Shown here one piece after another: positions 14,419-27,977 of a stretch of DNA of 64,000 nt. Where the stretch lies: assembly GCA_951406725.2 (NCBI GenBank), contig OX597817.1, positions 54,684,001 through 54,748,000 on the forward strand, written 5' to 3'. Numbering within the stretch: the first letter of the stretch is position 1; each line of letters starts with the position of its first letter. Both the position numbers and the translations under genes were made by a program. Below the pieces are notes generated by a model. It did not search any database, had not been told where the DNA came from, and saw only the letters and a list, made by a program, of their open reading frames with translations. Source of the DNA: Octopus vulgaris. Taxonomy: Eukaryota.

Positions 14419-14572
14419 ACTACTACTACTACTACTTCCAGAACTTCTATCACCACCACTTCTATCACCATCAGCGCCACTAACACTATCACCATCACCA
14501 CATCTCTGCTCCCCTAACCCGCCAACACCATTACTACAGCTGCTGCCGCTACTACTACTACTACTACTACCA

Positions 14573-14614
<42 letters not shown>

Positions 14615-14665
14615 ATACTACTACTACTACTGCTACTACTACTGCTACTACCACCACCACCACCA

Positions 14666-14717
<52 letters not shown>

Positions 14718-14910
14718 CACAACTACCATCAATATCTCTACCGCGACAACTACTACCAGCACCACAACCACCTGTAGCACTACAACCACACCATCATTAC
14801 TACTACTATCATTACTACCACCACTACAATTACCACTAACACTACTACCATCTCCATCACCTCTACTACTACTACTACTCCTAGTACTACTAATACTGCT
14901 ACTGCTGCTA
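14260..14910. repeat. compound (ACT/ACC/GCT)n low-complexity tract
   Basis: Direct trinucleotide runs. Confidence 0.9.
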
Positions 14911-16005
14911 CCGTCTTCATTACCACTAATGCATCTCCCACCCCTACCCCTACACCCACAGCTAACAACAACAAAGAAAAATCTGTTTATAATTTAAGTA
15001 CAAAGGCTAGCAATTTAGGGAGTGGATGTTAACCGATGAAATTGACGTAAGTACACGTCGGGTACTTCATCGATTTTGAAGGTATAAAGTACAAACTTGA
15101 CAGAACGTAAAGACGGACGACATGCCGCTAAGCATTTTGTCCGGCGTGCTAATGTTTCTGCCAGTTCACCGCCTTAATAATTTTTCATTATTAATATTAT
15201 TAATAAATTTTATTTATTATTATTAATGATAGTAATAATAATTTATCACTGCCTTAATGAGAGTAATAATTATTATCTTTATTATTCATGCTGTTGAAGC
15301 ATATCATTATTCTTAGGATAACAGGAGAGAATTCGAAGTTGATCACACTTAGGAGAATGAGTACTCCATCATTCTTCTGACCACAAAGTGATCAAACGAT
15401 ATATCACGATATATCACTTTATAAATCAGACACAAACCAGAACTTAACTGTCATGGTAAGACGGATTTACATACCGGACGTTCAACTCTCACTTGATAAT
15501 ATAAACTGATAAATATTTGTTCAGAGCACAGCAAATATGAGAAACTTAAAATAGCTGAAGATTACGTAAATTAGCGTTTTTTAATATCATGAACATGAAT
15601 ATTAAAGCCGATGCGAATACCTCTTACCATTGTTTTAGAACACAATAAAAGGAAGGAGATTACCCAGTCACATTAAATAAACTTTTCAAGCTAATCCTTC
15701 GTTTGAGATTATGGTGACATCAAACGTTCTGCAGTTTGCAAAGATATGTGCAATAAATGAATAATCCATTAAATATAATCACATGTCCGTTTGTGCATGG
15801 GTTGCTCTGGAACTGTGTGTGTGTTTGTTTGAATTCCTAAATATACCCGTTATACACGCACACACACACACACACACGCACACACGTACTTGTATGTATA
15901 TGGTCGTGGCTGTGTGGTAAGTAGGTTGTTTCCAAATCACATGGTTCCGGGTTCAGTCATACTGCAGGGCACCTTCGGCAAGTGTTTCCTAATATGGCCA
16001 CGAAT

Positions 16006-16222
16006 AAGGCAGCGAGATGGCAGAAACGTTACCGCACCGGACGAAATGCTTAGCGGTAATTCGCCCGTCGCTACTTTCTGAGTTCAAATTCCGTTGTGGT
16101 CGACATTGGCTTTCATCCTTTCGGGGTCGATAAATTAATTACCAGCTACGCACTGGGTCGATGTAATCGACTAGGCCCCTCCCCCACCCAAATTTCAGGC
16201 TTTGTGCCTATGGTAGAAAGGA
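16006..16222 (+). mobile_element. SINE family B
   Basis: Head ggcagcgagatggcagaaacgtt, B box gagttcaaattcc, body and purine-rich tail. Confidence 0.8.
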
Positions 16223-16408
16223 TTATAACCGCAAGTTGATCAACATCTTATTTGCATATTTGATAGACAACGGCTATGACAGGACAAAATCAAAATATGT
16301 GTGTGGGTATGAATGTGTATGAGTGTGTATGAGTGTGTGTGTATCTGTGTGTGTGTGTGTTTCATAAACTTCATACTCTCTGAGATATTTTCAAACAAAC
16401 CCACATAT

Positions 16409-16600
16409 ATTATTTACATTATTTACATTATTTACATTTGACGGATATTTGTCCTCATCTTGTTTGTTGTTAACACAACGTTTCGGCTGATATACCCTCC
16501 AGCCTACATGATGTGTCTTGGGCAAATTTCGAACCTGGGTTCTCATTCTAAAGATATATTTCGATATAATTATTATTATTATTATTGTTATTATTATTAT

Positions 16601-16645
<45 letters not shown>

Positions 16646-16736
16646 GTCGTATGTAAACAAACAAGTGTGTTTTCGAAGCGTTGAAATATACTGTAGAACA
16701 AGTAGAAAGATTTTATCAAGGAGTAGATACTGAACA

Positions 16737-16770
<34 letters not shown>

Positions 16771-16862
16771 GATAAAATCCATTTGTTTTCTTTTTAAAGC
16801 AGAAACATATGCCGACAAATTTTCCTGTTTTTTTTTAAAAAAGGATTTTATCCTTCATCTAT

Positions 16863-16912
<50 letters not shown>

Positions 16913-17047
16913 TGTTCAGTAACTACACGTTGATTAAAATTCATCTATCTACTTGTTGTATATTATTATTATTATTACTCAGGTCACTGACTGGAATCGA
17001 ACACGGAATCTTGGGGTTAGTAGCCCGCGCTCTTAACCACTACGCCA
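16409..17047 (-). mobile_element. tRNA-headed HHR element, copy 1 (interrupted, HHR core mutated)
   Basis: tRNA-like head at 16979-17047; HHR region at 16472-16517 reads ATCATGT instead of CTGATGA; (ATGTAAATA)n tail; hairpin insertion in the (AAT)n linker. Confidence 0.75.
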
Positions 17048-17063
17048 CAGGCCCGTGGACCTA

Positions 17064-17335
17064 TGGCGTAATGGCTTCTAACACCAAGATTTTCAGTTCC
17101 ATTCAAGGCAGTAATCTGAATGATAATAATGATAATAAGAACATCGAAACATACCTTAGGAATGAGAACCCAGGTTCGAAATTTCCCCAAGACACCTGAT
17201 GAAAGCTAGAGGGTATATCAGCTGAAACGTTGTGTTAACAACAAACAAGATTAGGACAAATATCCGTCAAATGTAAATAATGTAAATAATGTAAATAATG
17301 TACATAATTCCTCAACTCTTAAATATAGAACTGTA
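17064..17335 (+). mobile_element. tRNA-headed HHR element, copy 2
   Basis: Degenerate tRNA head, (AAT) linker, intact HHR core, (ATGTAAATA)n, terminal ttaaatatagaactgta. Confidence 0.8.
17191..17236 (+). ncRNA. minimal hammerhead ribozyme (family 1), intact core
   Basis: GACAC-CTGATGA-A-AGCT(12 nt loop)AGCT-GAAAC-GTT-GTGTT; helix III reduced to the palindrome ACGT. Confidence 0.75.
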
Positions 17336-17370
17336 AAACCCACACATGCATAAAATTTATAATCAGATAA

Positions 17371-17583
17371 ACGGTGTGTGTGCTGAAAAGTTCCTACCCT
17401 CGGCTGAAAGAAAATGATGTTAACTATTATTTTATTCAACATATTCCACTATAAGACGCATACATTTATTGCAGCGGTCTTCCAGTTTTTCTATGCTTTG
17501 TAAAAGAATTCGGAATGTTGGGCCTCCAGCCAAGCCTTTCGCTATACCCTTAAAGCCAAGAAATTTTCAACGCTCTCCTCGTA
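17371..17583. mobile_element. mariner-derived MITE
   Basis: Imperfect TIRs gtgctgaaaagttcct / aagaaattttcaacgc..cctcgTA. Confidence 0.5.
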
Positions 17584-17645
17584 TATTCTTTAACTCAATA
17601 ATCTCTACGTATTATCGTACACACCTCTGACTAGAAATGCAAAAT

Positions 17646-17685
<40 letters not shown>

Positions 17686-18091
17686 GCACAAACCCACTTA
17701 TTTACCCATGTGTATATATCTATGCATGCATGTGTGTGTGTGTGTGTGTGCCTATTAATGTTTATTTATATATTTGTATATATCTATATCTATATCTACA
17801 CTTTGATAATAAATAATCCGAATGCAAATATAACAACGCAAACAAACGCGTGTTCGACTATTAAATTCCATTCCGTACCACACCGCCACCAACAGCATAG
17901 ATTCCCACCACATCCACAACCGTTTAACCAACATTTTTTTCTACAACAGTATGCACACCCCCGACGCAATTTCTATTATTATCCCTAGATATCCTCACTC
18001 ATCATTCTCTCACAGAAAATGTCTGCCTTCCGGCTAAATTAGCTCCAAAGTGTGAAAGACACAGCAGTTGTCCCCACTTATTTTTCTTAGG

Positions 18092-18094
<3 letters not shown>

Positions 18095-18151
<57 letters not shown>

Positions 18152-18240
18152 CACATATATAACAATATATACATATATATATATATATACATACATACAT
18201 ATATATATGTATATATATATATATACACATATATATATAC

Positions 18241-18271
<31 letters not shown>

Positions 18272-18479
18272 CATATATGTATATATAAATATATGTATAT
18301 ATATATGCATTATATATACATATATATATACATATATATATGTATATATGTGTATATATAAATATATGTATATATATATATATATGCATATATATATATA
18401 TATACATACGTATATATACATATATATATATGCATACATATATATATGCACACATATATATACGCACATAGATACATAC

Positions 18480-18511
<32 letters not shown>

Positions 18512-18537
18512 ATGTATATACATAGATAAATACATAT

Positions 18538-18588
<51 letters not shown>

Positions 18589-18965
18589 CATGCATTTATC
18601 TATCTCTGTCTGTATATATATATGTTCATGGATATATACGTAGGCTGGCGTGTACGTGTTCCTGTGAGTGTTTGTGTATGGTTATAAATATATATATGAT
18701 TCCCCCCGCACACACACACACTTTCCTTAGCTTAATAATCGGGCTTAGAAGCTCATCCATCACGTAAGACATTGATATCACACCACATAACTGGTTAATA
18801 TTCAGGAGGAGACTTCTAGCCTCGTTCCCATCTCATAACACACGGCTCACTCAATCAAAAACTAACATTACCGCCTCTACCTCACTTCCAAATCCCCCCC
18901 CCCCTCGCACATGCACGCACACACACACATATCTATATGTATACATCTAATCATACATATAAGAA

Positions 18966-18997
<32 letters not shown>

Positions 18998-19066
18998 TAT
19001 GTATGTCTTTTTGTATATTTACATATATATATATATATATTTATATATATATGTATATATATATAA

Positions 19067-19112
<46 letters not shown>

Positions 19113-19315
19113 ATATATGTATATATGTATATATATATATATATCTACATATATATATCTGTATATGCATATATACGTATATACATATACGTATATATAC
19201 ACACACAAAGACATATATATATATGTGTGTGTGTGTATATACATACACATATACATACATACATAATACATATATATAATATATATATGTATAAATATAT
19301 ATATGTATGTGTATA

Positions 19316-19382
<67 letters not shown>

Positions 19383-19607
19383 GCGTACTTGCACGTACAT
19401 GAACACACACATACGGATACATATATGATGCGCGTATATATGGTCATATATTGAAGCACCGATTTCTCTCTATGACAATTAATCAGAATTAATACCGTTT
19501 ATATATCTCTGTACTAAATGATACCAATGAATATGCGGCCATACCAACATATATGTAACTATTATATAGGCAGGTGTATACCTATATATATATACATGCA
19601 TAAATAC

Positions 19608-19639
<32 letters not shown>

Positions 19640-19796
19640 GTACATATACATGTACTTACACACATACATACATATACATATTCATATATACATATATATA
19701 TACATACATACACACACACATATACACGCTCATATACTATCCTTCTTCGTATATATGATTATATCTGCGTATACGCACTTACACGCAATCACACAC

Positions 19797-19853
<57 letters not shown>

Positions 19854-19911
19854 TACACACACACTCACAAACATACATATATGCATACAGACGCAAATAT
19901 ATATATAATAT

Positions 19912-19955
<44 letters not shown>
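18095..19955. repeat. compound (TA)/(CA)/(TACA) microsatellite field
   Basis: Direct inspection. Confidence 0.9.
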
Positions 19956-20459
19956 GACAGACAGACAAATATATGTGTGTGTTTATGTTCTAGTCGATGG
20001 TTTTTGATTACGTAACCGATAGCTGTCCAATATCTATCTATCTATCTATATATATATATAAAAACGAGCGGAACTAAAACCATATTTTAATACTAATTTT
20101 TCCTTTAATGAGAAACAAGTACATTTATTCTATTTGAACGGTAGACTTCTAATATAAAATCGCATGCAATTACATAAGAATTCCGTGTCTTTCCTGATAT
20201 AAAAGCAATATAATGTCTAGGAGAAATCATTACCTTACTGGAATGTTACCAAATGAAGCATAATACCCTGTCTGCAATGGCAGTTTTAAATTTTATCACA
20301 AGGCCAGTAATTTCACGGGTCGGGGTAAGTCGACTACAGCGTTTAGCTGGTGATTATTTTATCGATCTTCAATGGATGAAAGGTAAAATCGGCCTCGGCG
20401 GAATTTGAACTCAGAACGTCGAAACCGATTGAATGCTGCTTAGCATTTTACCCTCTATT

Positions 20460-20690
20460 TCTCTTATTCTTTTACATGTTTCTGTTATTTGACTGCGGCC
20501 ATGCTGGAGCATCACATTAAAGAAACTGAACCCAGTACTTATTTCTTGTAAGCGTGGTACTTATTCTATCGGTATCTTTTGCCGAACTGCTAAATTACGG
20601 GGTACATCAACAAACAAACTTCGATTGTCAAGCGATGGTGAGGCGACAAACACAGGCACATAGACATACACACACACTCTCACACACATA
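20460..20690 (-). mobile_element. SINE family A, 3' half
   Basis: gactgcggccatgctggagc...acttattctatcggt. Confidence 0.7.
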
Positions 20691-20783
20691 TTGTTGTTAT
20701 TATGCAAAAGTGTCGTAAGTCCAAAAGGCTTCAGCTTAACAATAACACTTTGTTGGGTGTTGTAACTCCATGCATGTATGACA

Positions 20784-21297
20784 CTAGGCTAGCGAAAAAG
20801 CTCGTGCGCCGTGTTAAAATAATGACTTTTTATGCAAGAATTTATTCAAAAACAACAAACAACTATTCTTCAAATTAAAGACCATCATTTCCCATGACTT
20901 TCTGCAAGCGATCTGCAAGCTTTCGGATTTGGTCAAAGTACCAATCCTTCGGCTTTGAATCAAAAAATTCTTGACAGGTTTCTTCAACTTCATCGCATAA
21001 CTCAAATCGGCGACCTTTCATAAAGTGCTGCTTTGATCGGAAGGGATTGTAGTCAGGTGGAACAACGTCTGGACCAAATGCTGGATGTGGTAGAATTTCC
21101 ACACCGTCCAATTCTTCAATTTTGTTGCTGGTCTTTCTGGCTGTATGCGGCTTTGCATTGTCTTGTTAAAATAAAGTGCGTTATCGACGAATAATCTTGG
21201 GTACATTTCAAGCAGCGCATCGTAGACTCGTTCAAGTTGCATTCATATAAAAAAAGCATTATTTTAACATGGCGCACGAACTTTTTCATCAACATAA
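20784..21297 (-). mobile_element. internally deleted mariner
   Basis: ~50 bp TIRs (gaaaaag.tcgtgcgcc.tgttaaaataatg); transposase relic HPAFGPDVVPPDYNPFRS, a decayed HPPYSPDLAPSDY motif. Confidence 0.85.
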
Positions 21298-21494
21298 TAT
21301 TTTCATTCAGAAAAATTTTTGTAAACCTGTCGTATGTGGGACTTACTACACTTTTGAAAAATGCTAAACCTCTCTTAAACATTTTGACAATTTTTCACAT
21401 CTTGGTATCTGAAGCAGCTGGAGATAAAATAGTTTGACCAAAAGGACCGGTTATTGCAAGCAAAAAAAAAAAAAAAAAATATATATATTTACAT

Positions 21495-21889
21495 GGGCGC
21501 AGGAGTGGGTGTGTGGTAAGTACTTACCAGCCACATGGTTCCGGGTTTAATGCCACTGCGTGGCACCTTGGGCAGGTGTCTTCTACTATAGGCAAGGGCC
21601 GACCAAAGCCTTGTGAGTGGATTTAGTCGACGGAAACTGAAAGAAGCCCATCGTATACATGCATCTATATGTGTGTATATATGTTTGTGTGTGTGCTTAC
21701 CACACTTCGCTTGACAACTGATGTTGGTGCGTTTACGTCCCCCTAACTTAGCGGTTCGGCTAAGCGACCGATAGAATAAGTACTAGGCTAACAAAGAATA
21801 AGTTCTGGGGTCGATTTATGCGACTAAAGGCAGTGATCCAGCATGGCCGCAGCCAAGATGACTGAAACAGATAAAAGAAAACAATAAAA

Positions 21890-21893
<4 letters not shown>
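21495..21893 (+). mobile_element. SINE family A
   Basis: Colinear with 7286-7722. Confidence 0.85.
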
Positions 21894-21945
<52 letters not shown>

Positions 21946-21947
<2 letters not shown>

Positions 21948-22105
21948 CGGGCTTCTTTAGGTTTCCGTCAATCAAATCCAGGCACACGAATTTGGTCCAG
22001 CCCGAGACTATCGTAGAAGATACTTTCCCAAGGTGCTAGACAGTGGAACTGAACCCGGAACCATGTGGTTGGGAGGCAAACTTCTTACCACACATCAACG
22101 CCTGC
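21946..22105 (-). mobile_element. SINE family A, 5' half
   Basis: Reverse complement of the family A head. Confidence 0.75.
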
Positions 22106-22794
22106 TCCTAACGATTCTGTCGACTTATTAATTTCAAATTTTGTCAGAAGGTCAGCAGGTTCGGGGGAGGGGTCAATTGATTGCAACGAGACCCAATGGC
22201 CAATTGATATTTGTTTTATCGATCCTGGATCAAACAGTGATTGCAATGATTTGTCTTCGACAACTAAAAATTCCTGTTAACACAATCCACAACTACTTCG
22301 CTCGCTTACTCTGTATGAGTACTGGTACTTTAAACGTGGAGGTTCTTTGATTAAATTTGTGGAAATATATCTTTTATCTTTCATATTTTATCTTTCGTCT
22401 TTTATCTTTAATCTTTCATCTCTTAATTGTTTAGAATATTTCAAGCATGCTCTTTCATTTTTATTTTTTTCCCAGATTAAAATTTGCTCCGTTTTTTCAT
22501 AGTTTCCGTTCAGGCGTGGTTGTGTGGTAAAGAGTTAGCTTCCGAACCACATAGTGCCAGGTTCATTCTGAAAGTTTCGTATATGTGCGTGTGTGCGTGG
22601 CTTTGTGTCTGTGTTTGCTTTCCACCGCCGTTTGACAAACGGTGTTGGCACATTTACGTCTCCGCAAATTAGCGGTTCGGCAAAACAAGACCGATAGAAC
22701 AAGTGCCAGACTTGTACAAAACTAAATACCGGGGTAGACTGAATCGACTAAAAATTCCTTAAGGCCGCACCCCAGCACGGATGCAGTCTAATAA

Positions 22795-23016
22795 CCCTTT
22801 CATTACTGTATTTATTTTGAGTCACTTTGTGTTTCTTTCAATTAATTTTAAATATAACAAAGAATTTAGTAAAATAGCTTAATTATCATTAAGCTAGTTT
22901 TAGGAACATTAATTGTGACTAAGATTTGATGGAAGATTTTAATTCAAACCTTATGAAAACAAGACATTTGTACTACAGAGCACGAGGCGGTTTCAGCCAG
23001 GCTGGTAACGAAAGGG
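22795..23016. mobile_element. piggyBac-like MITE
   Basis: ATAA|CCCTTTCATTAC ... GTAACGAAAGGG|TTAA. Confidence 0.7.
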
Positions 23017-23958
23017 TTAAAACAAGCGAAAGATAATAAATGTATTTTGTTATTGTTTTATCGATTGATTGATTTCATAATTTGGTATCACAATCTAAGA
23101 ACCAATACGGCTCTTGACTACACATCTTCAACAGACTTATAACTGGTTCTCTTCTCTATCTACATTCGCCGTTTCTTCTCTTATAACCATTCTAAGTCGT
23201 TTTAACTTTGGTTATTGCAGAGCATAAGTGTCCGAACTCCGCTTATAGATTACAAATCGATCGATATATATATATATATATTTCTCAAGTTATGCGAGAC
23301 TAATACAATTTATATAACCTTGGCACATAAGTAACATATATCAGAGTTAGCTTTAAGCTTCTAGTCTACACACAATTCCAATCCAATCTATATCCCTGAC
23401 AAACGCAGGTGTACCTCCGAGGTAAAAGAAAAAACAAAAATGAAAGCCAATTCATTTCGAAATCAGTTTAATGTGCTGAACTAGGAAGCGTTTTCAAAGT
23501 TATTCCATAACTAATTGTGCTGAAGTGACAAAATGTAGATTTGCTAAAGGTAATGTAAACTTGGAATGAAGAGAAGATATCGCTCGCATGTGGCGCATTG
23601 AATAAACTATGTTTGGCGATGGTGTCTTCTTCATTTGGCAGACTTTCATCCTATACAGATAGAGATGTGTTGCCAAGTTATTGGTCGCTTGACATGACGT
23701 GCGGCGGCGAAGTGTATGTATGTATATGTCTGTGTGTGTGGATGTATGTGTGTATGGTTACCTACTTGGCCCTCGTTTCTTCTTCCTCTTCTTCATTGCC
23801 TTCAGTTATTTTATATTTTGCAGGAATGTGCGATGGAATCTTTGTAAATACACACATATTAATGAATAAACGCCCACACAAATACATACATGAACACACA
23901 TAAGTACAGACAAATGTAGTATAGACAGTTGCACACACACTAAGCACACACGTAATCT

Positions 23959-24560
23959 CTCTATATATAAAACTGAGAATGTGTGTGTGTCTATCTGTCT
24001 GTGTGTTTCCCTAAAACTTGAGAACTACACAACCAATTTCATTCAAATTTTACACATGCCATGTAGTTTTATGGGCAAAAAATGTTCAACTTTTTGCCTA
24101 GAGCGAGCCCATAGCAATATCATATCTTCTCCACTATTTCAGTATTACGTGTTAAAAGTGAAACAAAAACATTTCTCTATTTTATGTCAGATGCTTTCAC
24201 TTTAACAATAAAAGTAATAATAACAATTGAATTATATGTAGTAAGTAATAATTAAAATCAAGCTAAAGTATAATATAATCGTAACATAACAAAAGTAAAA
24301 ATAGCAATTGGTATAAAATTGCATCAATGACTTGAACAAGTGGTTTCACATGAATGGGAATAAATTAAGAATAAAATTAGCGTGCAGAAATGGAAAAGTC
24401 CAGATGGATAATAAAAAATTAAATTAAAGAAAAGACTATTGTCTATATATATATAACTGAGAATGTGTGTGTGTGTGTCTGTCTGTCTGTGTGTTTCCCT
24501 AAAACTTGAGAACTACACAACCAACTTCGTTCAAATTTTACACATGCCTTACTTAGGGTC
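23959..24560 (+). mobile_element. two tandem Helitron-like 5' ends
   Basis: TCTATATATA..AACTGAGAATGTGTG...ccctaaaacttgagaactacacaacc at about 23959 and 24442. Confidence 0.55.
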
Positions 24561-25397
24561 CAAGGAGTGTCATGGGCTCGCTCTGGGCGCCATTGGGGCG
24601 ACTGTACACCGCCACCGGCCCACAGACGACGCTCTGGCATTGGTGTCATCATTACAAAGGGCTTGGCTTGGCTTGGCTTGGCTTCTGAAGGAGAGGAAAG
24701 AAAGAATTTTAATTATATATAGAGAACCATAGCGCGAAGGCAGCATAAAAAAACAGCCCTCCCTCAGTTGTTGGCAGTTTTACCTACTCCGCATTGCAAC
24801 AAGTTGTGTCTTCGTCAAAGCTATTGCTCCCCCAAAGCAAATTAGGTAAAATTTGAGATACGTGGAACCTCAAAGCTGCTAACAAAAACAGGACAGTGAA
24901 AACATTCGGTAAGGGCTGTTTAACCCTAACGAGGGGAAGTGGTGAACGCTGGAGAAAGAAAGCTTTGTCAAGAGACAGACAAGATTGCATGAACGAGAAG
25001 AAAAAGAATTACATTTAGAAATAGATCTATAATTATTGAGGACAGATTTTCTGTTAGAAATAGAGAACTATAAATATTGAATTATGCATAAAGTGCTGAC
25101 TTACATTCGGGGCTTCCAATTTCTCTGTAAAATATAAGATAATCGCAAAATCATCGCACATGTCACCATCGATTACAAAGACCGGTGGAAGATAAAAGTT
25201 CCAGAGGACATTCTTGTTCTTTCGCTGTACAAGGATCGTATTATGTTTCGGCTTAAAATTAATTATAGATACAAATATGATGTATAGAAATATATAAAAA
25301 CCAGAATAGAAAATAAGCGTCTTAAGCATATGAGATAACATGAGATATCAAGGTGTTATAAACTTGAAACCTGCTAGAATATCATAGATTATGTATA

Positions 25398-27969
25398 TCA
25401 AGTCATCCAGTCAGTTCTGTCCAATTTTGCCTTTTTTTTAGATTTGAATGAAATTTAATAGTATTTGCAAATGTCTAATTCAATTAAAAATTATTTTTAT
25501 GCTTTTGTGTACGTTTAAACTAATAAAATATTGTTTTACAAAATAATAGACGGTGTCCACAAAGTCTGCGTACATGGGGATTAACACATACTTTTAAAAC
25601 AAAACAATTTTATTTAATTATAATGTTAATAAATAATATTTTCAAAGTGATTTCCATCATTTTCAATTCATAACTTGATGCACCTTGCAATATTCAGGTG
25701 AACTTGATTAAATAAGTCTACATTGCCATCAATTTCAGCACACTGACTGGTAATGCGTTCTCTCATGTGTTTTAAATCTGTAATCTTTATTGAGTAAACT
25801 TTCTCTTTTAACATACCCCAGAAAAAGAAATCAAGGGGAGAAAGGTCTGGTGAACGAGGGGACCATTCCATATGACCCCTTCTTTTCAATCTAGTGAGGA
25901 AAAGTGTCATTAAGCCAATCTCTAACAGTTGTGGCAAAATGGGTAGGGGACCCATTCTGCTGAAACCAATTCGGAAGGCCCTCGCCTAGGCGCTCAATTT
26001 GAGATATTAATTTGTCTCTCAATATATTTGCATAAGTCTCATCCGTTACATGTTAAATGAAGAAGGGTCCTAGAACATGAGCTTTCCAAACACCACACCA
26101 AACCATCACCTTTTTGCTGCCTTGCTGTTTGGATTGATCCATCCAATGTGGATTACCTCGAGACCAGTATAGAAGATTCTGTCTGTTGACCTCACCATTT
26201 ACATAAAACGTAGCTTTTTCACTGAACTACACAAAGTTTTTCCTAAAATTGATATTTTCATCCAATTTATCTGAAAACCATTCGCACGTCTACATTCGTC
26301 TATCAGGATCGGCTTCATTTAAGTGATGCAATATCTGTAGGTTGTATCGATGAAACTTTTCCTCAACCAGCATTTTGTGGATGGTTGGTTTTGGAACACC
26401 TAACACCGTGGCTGTCCGACGAAGTGATTTCTTTGGGCTAGCAGAGACTTTAGCCTCGACAGCCTCTTTAGTTTCATCTGAAGACTTTGGTCGCCCGGAA
26501 CGGGGTTTATCCAAAACACTGCCTGTTTCTTTAAATTTCTTGATCAATTTCCTAACGGCAGTAAAATAAATAGGTTGCCTACAAGGGTGTCGAAGATTAA
26601 TTTCTTCCGCAATTTTGGGATAAGACCATCCCTCTCGTCCACTTAATAATACTAACTCGATTCTTTCTTCTTTAGACATATTCATCATTCGATCTGAGAT
26701 TCTTTCTCCTTTAGACAGAGCCATCATTCGATCATCTGTAGAAAAAAGAACAAATAAATTTAGAAAAGTAAAGTATTTTTAAAAATTTAATTTAAACAAA
26801 AGTAAAAAATTATTATTTCTTATATTTATTTGTTTATGTTATGAGTTTATTCCATAAACCCAGACTTCGTGGACAAACTAAAATTGCTTTGATTAAAACC
26901 CTTTCAACATGGAAGTATCCAAGGAGCATTTAAAGCATATATAATTCTTTATGAGTACAATAAAGGTAACTCTGCAGCCGAAGTGACTCGAAACATACAC
27001 TCAGGAAAGTGCTCGAATGAAAGAACTTGCAGGAGATCGTTTGCAAAATTGAAGATGAATATCGAACAGGACGTCCAGTTGAGTTTGATGATAAGCTCCT
27101 TGAGGCATTACTTGAAGAAAATCCGTCATTATCAGTTGAAGAATTGAGAATAAAGCTTAGTCCAAACCATACAACAGTTCATCGTCATCTTCAACAACGT
27201 GGTAAGATTCCTAAACTTGGAAAATAGGTGCCTTATGTATTGTCCGAAAGCAACCGCAAACCCCGAGTTGGCATCTCCTCTTCTCTCCATTCTCGCAAAC
27301 TCATTTCACCCTTTTTCGATAGACTTGTGATGAAAAATAGATTTTCTATCGAAATGTTAAACGTCGTAAACAGTGGCTTGGTAAAAGGGAAAATGCTCAA
27401 CCACAACCGAGAAGGGAACTTCATGGGGAAAAGGTTCTTCTCTCTATCTGGTGCGATTGCAAAGGTGTAATTCACTTTATATTGTTACTACCTAATGCAA
27501 CAATCAATGCTTAAGTCTTCTGTCAGCAATTAGAGCGTTTGAACCAAGGTTTGAAGGAAAAAAGAGCCGCTTTAGTGAGTCGAAAACGAGTGATGTTTCA
27601 TCAGGACAATGCGCAACCCCACACTGCAAAGATCACATCACAGAAGATCGAAGAGGTCGATTGGGAAAAATTTCTTCATCCACCTTATTCTCCCGACCTT
27701 GCTCCTTCAGACTACCATTTGTTTCATAGTTTACAGAATTATTAAGGGGACACAACTTTCGCAAGCCAGGAGGAGGTCGAACCTGACATTTCAGAGTTCT
27801 TCGCTTTGAAACCAAAAGAGCTTTACATTGATGGGATTGAAAAGCTTGTAAATAGATTGAAGTAAGTCATAGATAATCAGGGAAAGATGATTAACTTTCA
27901 ATTAAATACAACATTTGATCACTTGTATTCTTTATCCAAAATTCAGACAGAACTTATGGGATGACCCGA
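25398..27969 (+). mobile_element. mariner (DD34D-type) transposon, decayed, split by a nested element
   Basis: TIRs tcaagtcatccagtcagttctgtc / gacagaacttatgggatgacccga; transposase relic MEVSKEHL...GRPVEFDD...FHQDNAQPH...HPPYSPDLAPSDYHLF at 26909-27860. Confidence 0.85.
25549..26880 (-). mobile_element. Tc1/mariner DD37D (maT-like) transposon, decayed
   Basis: TIRs gtgtccacaaagtctg / cagacttcgtggaca; relic KFKETGSVLDKPRSGRP...WSPRSPDLSPLDFFFWGMLKEKVY. Confidence 0.8.
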
Positions 27970-27977
27970 GATATATA

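Noticed and set aside
14217-14974. Thr-rich mucin-like or poly-Val ORFs
   Set aside because: Pure trinucleotide expansion with in-frame stops and no splice or domain support.
16979-17047. Possible functional tRNA gene
   Set aside because: Imperfect cloverleaf, no oligo-T terminator, and part of a repeated element; treated as a SINE head.
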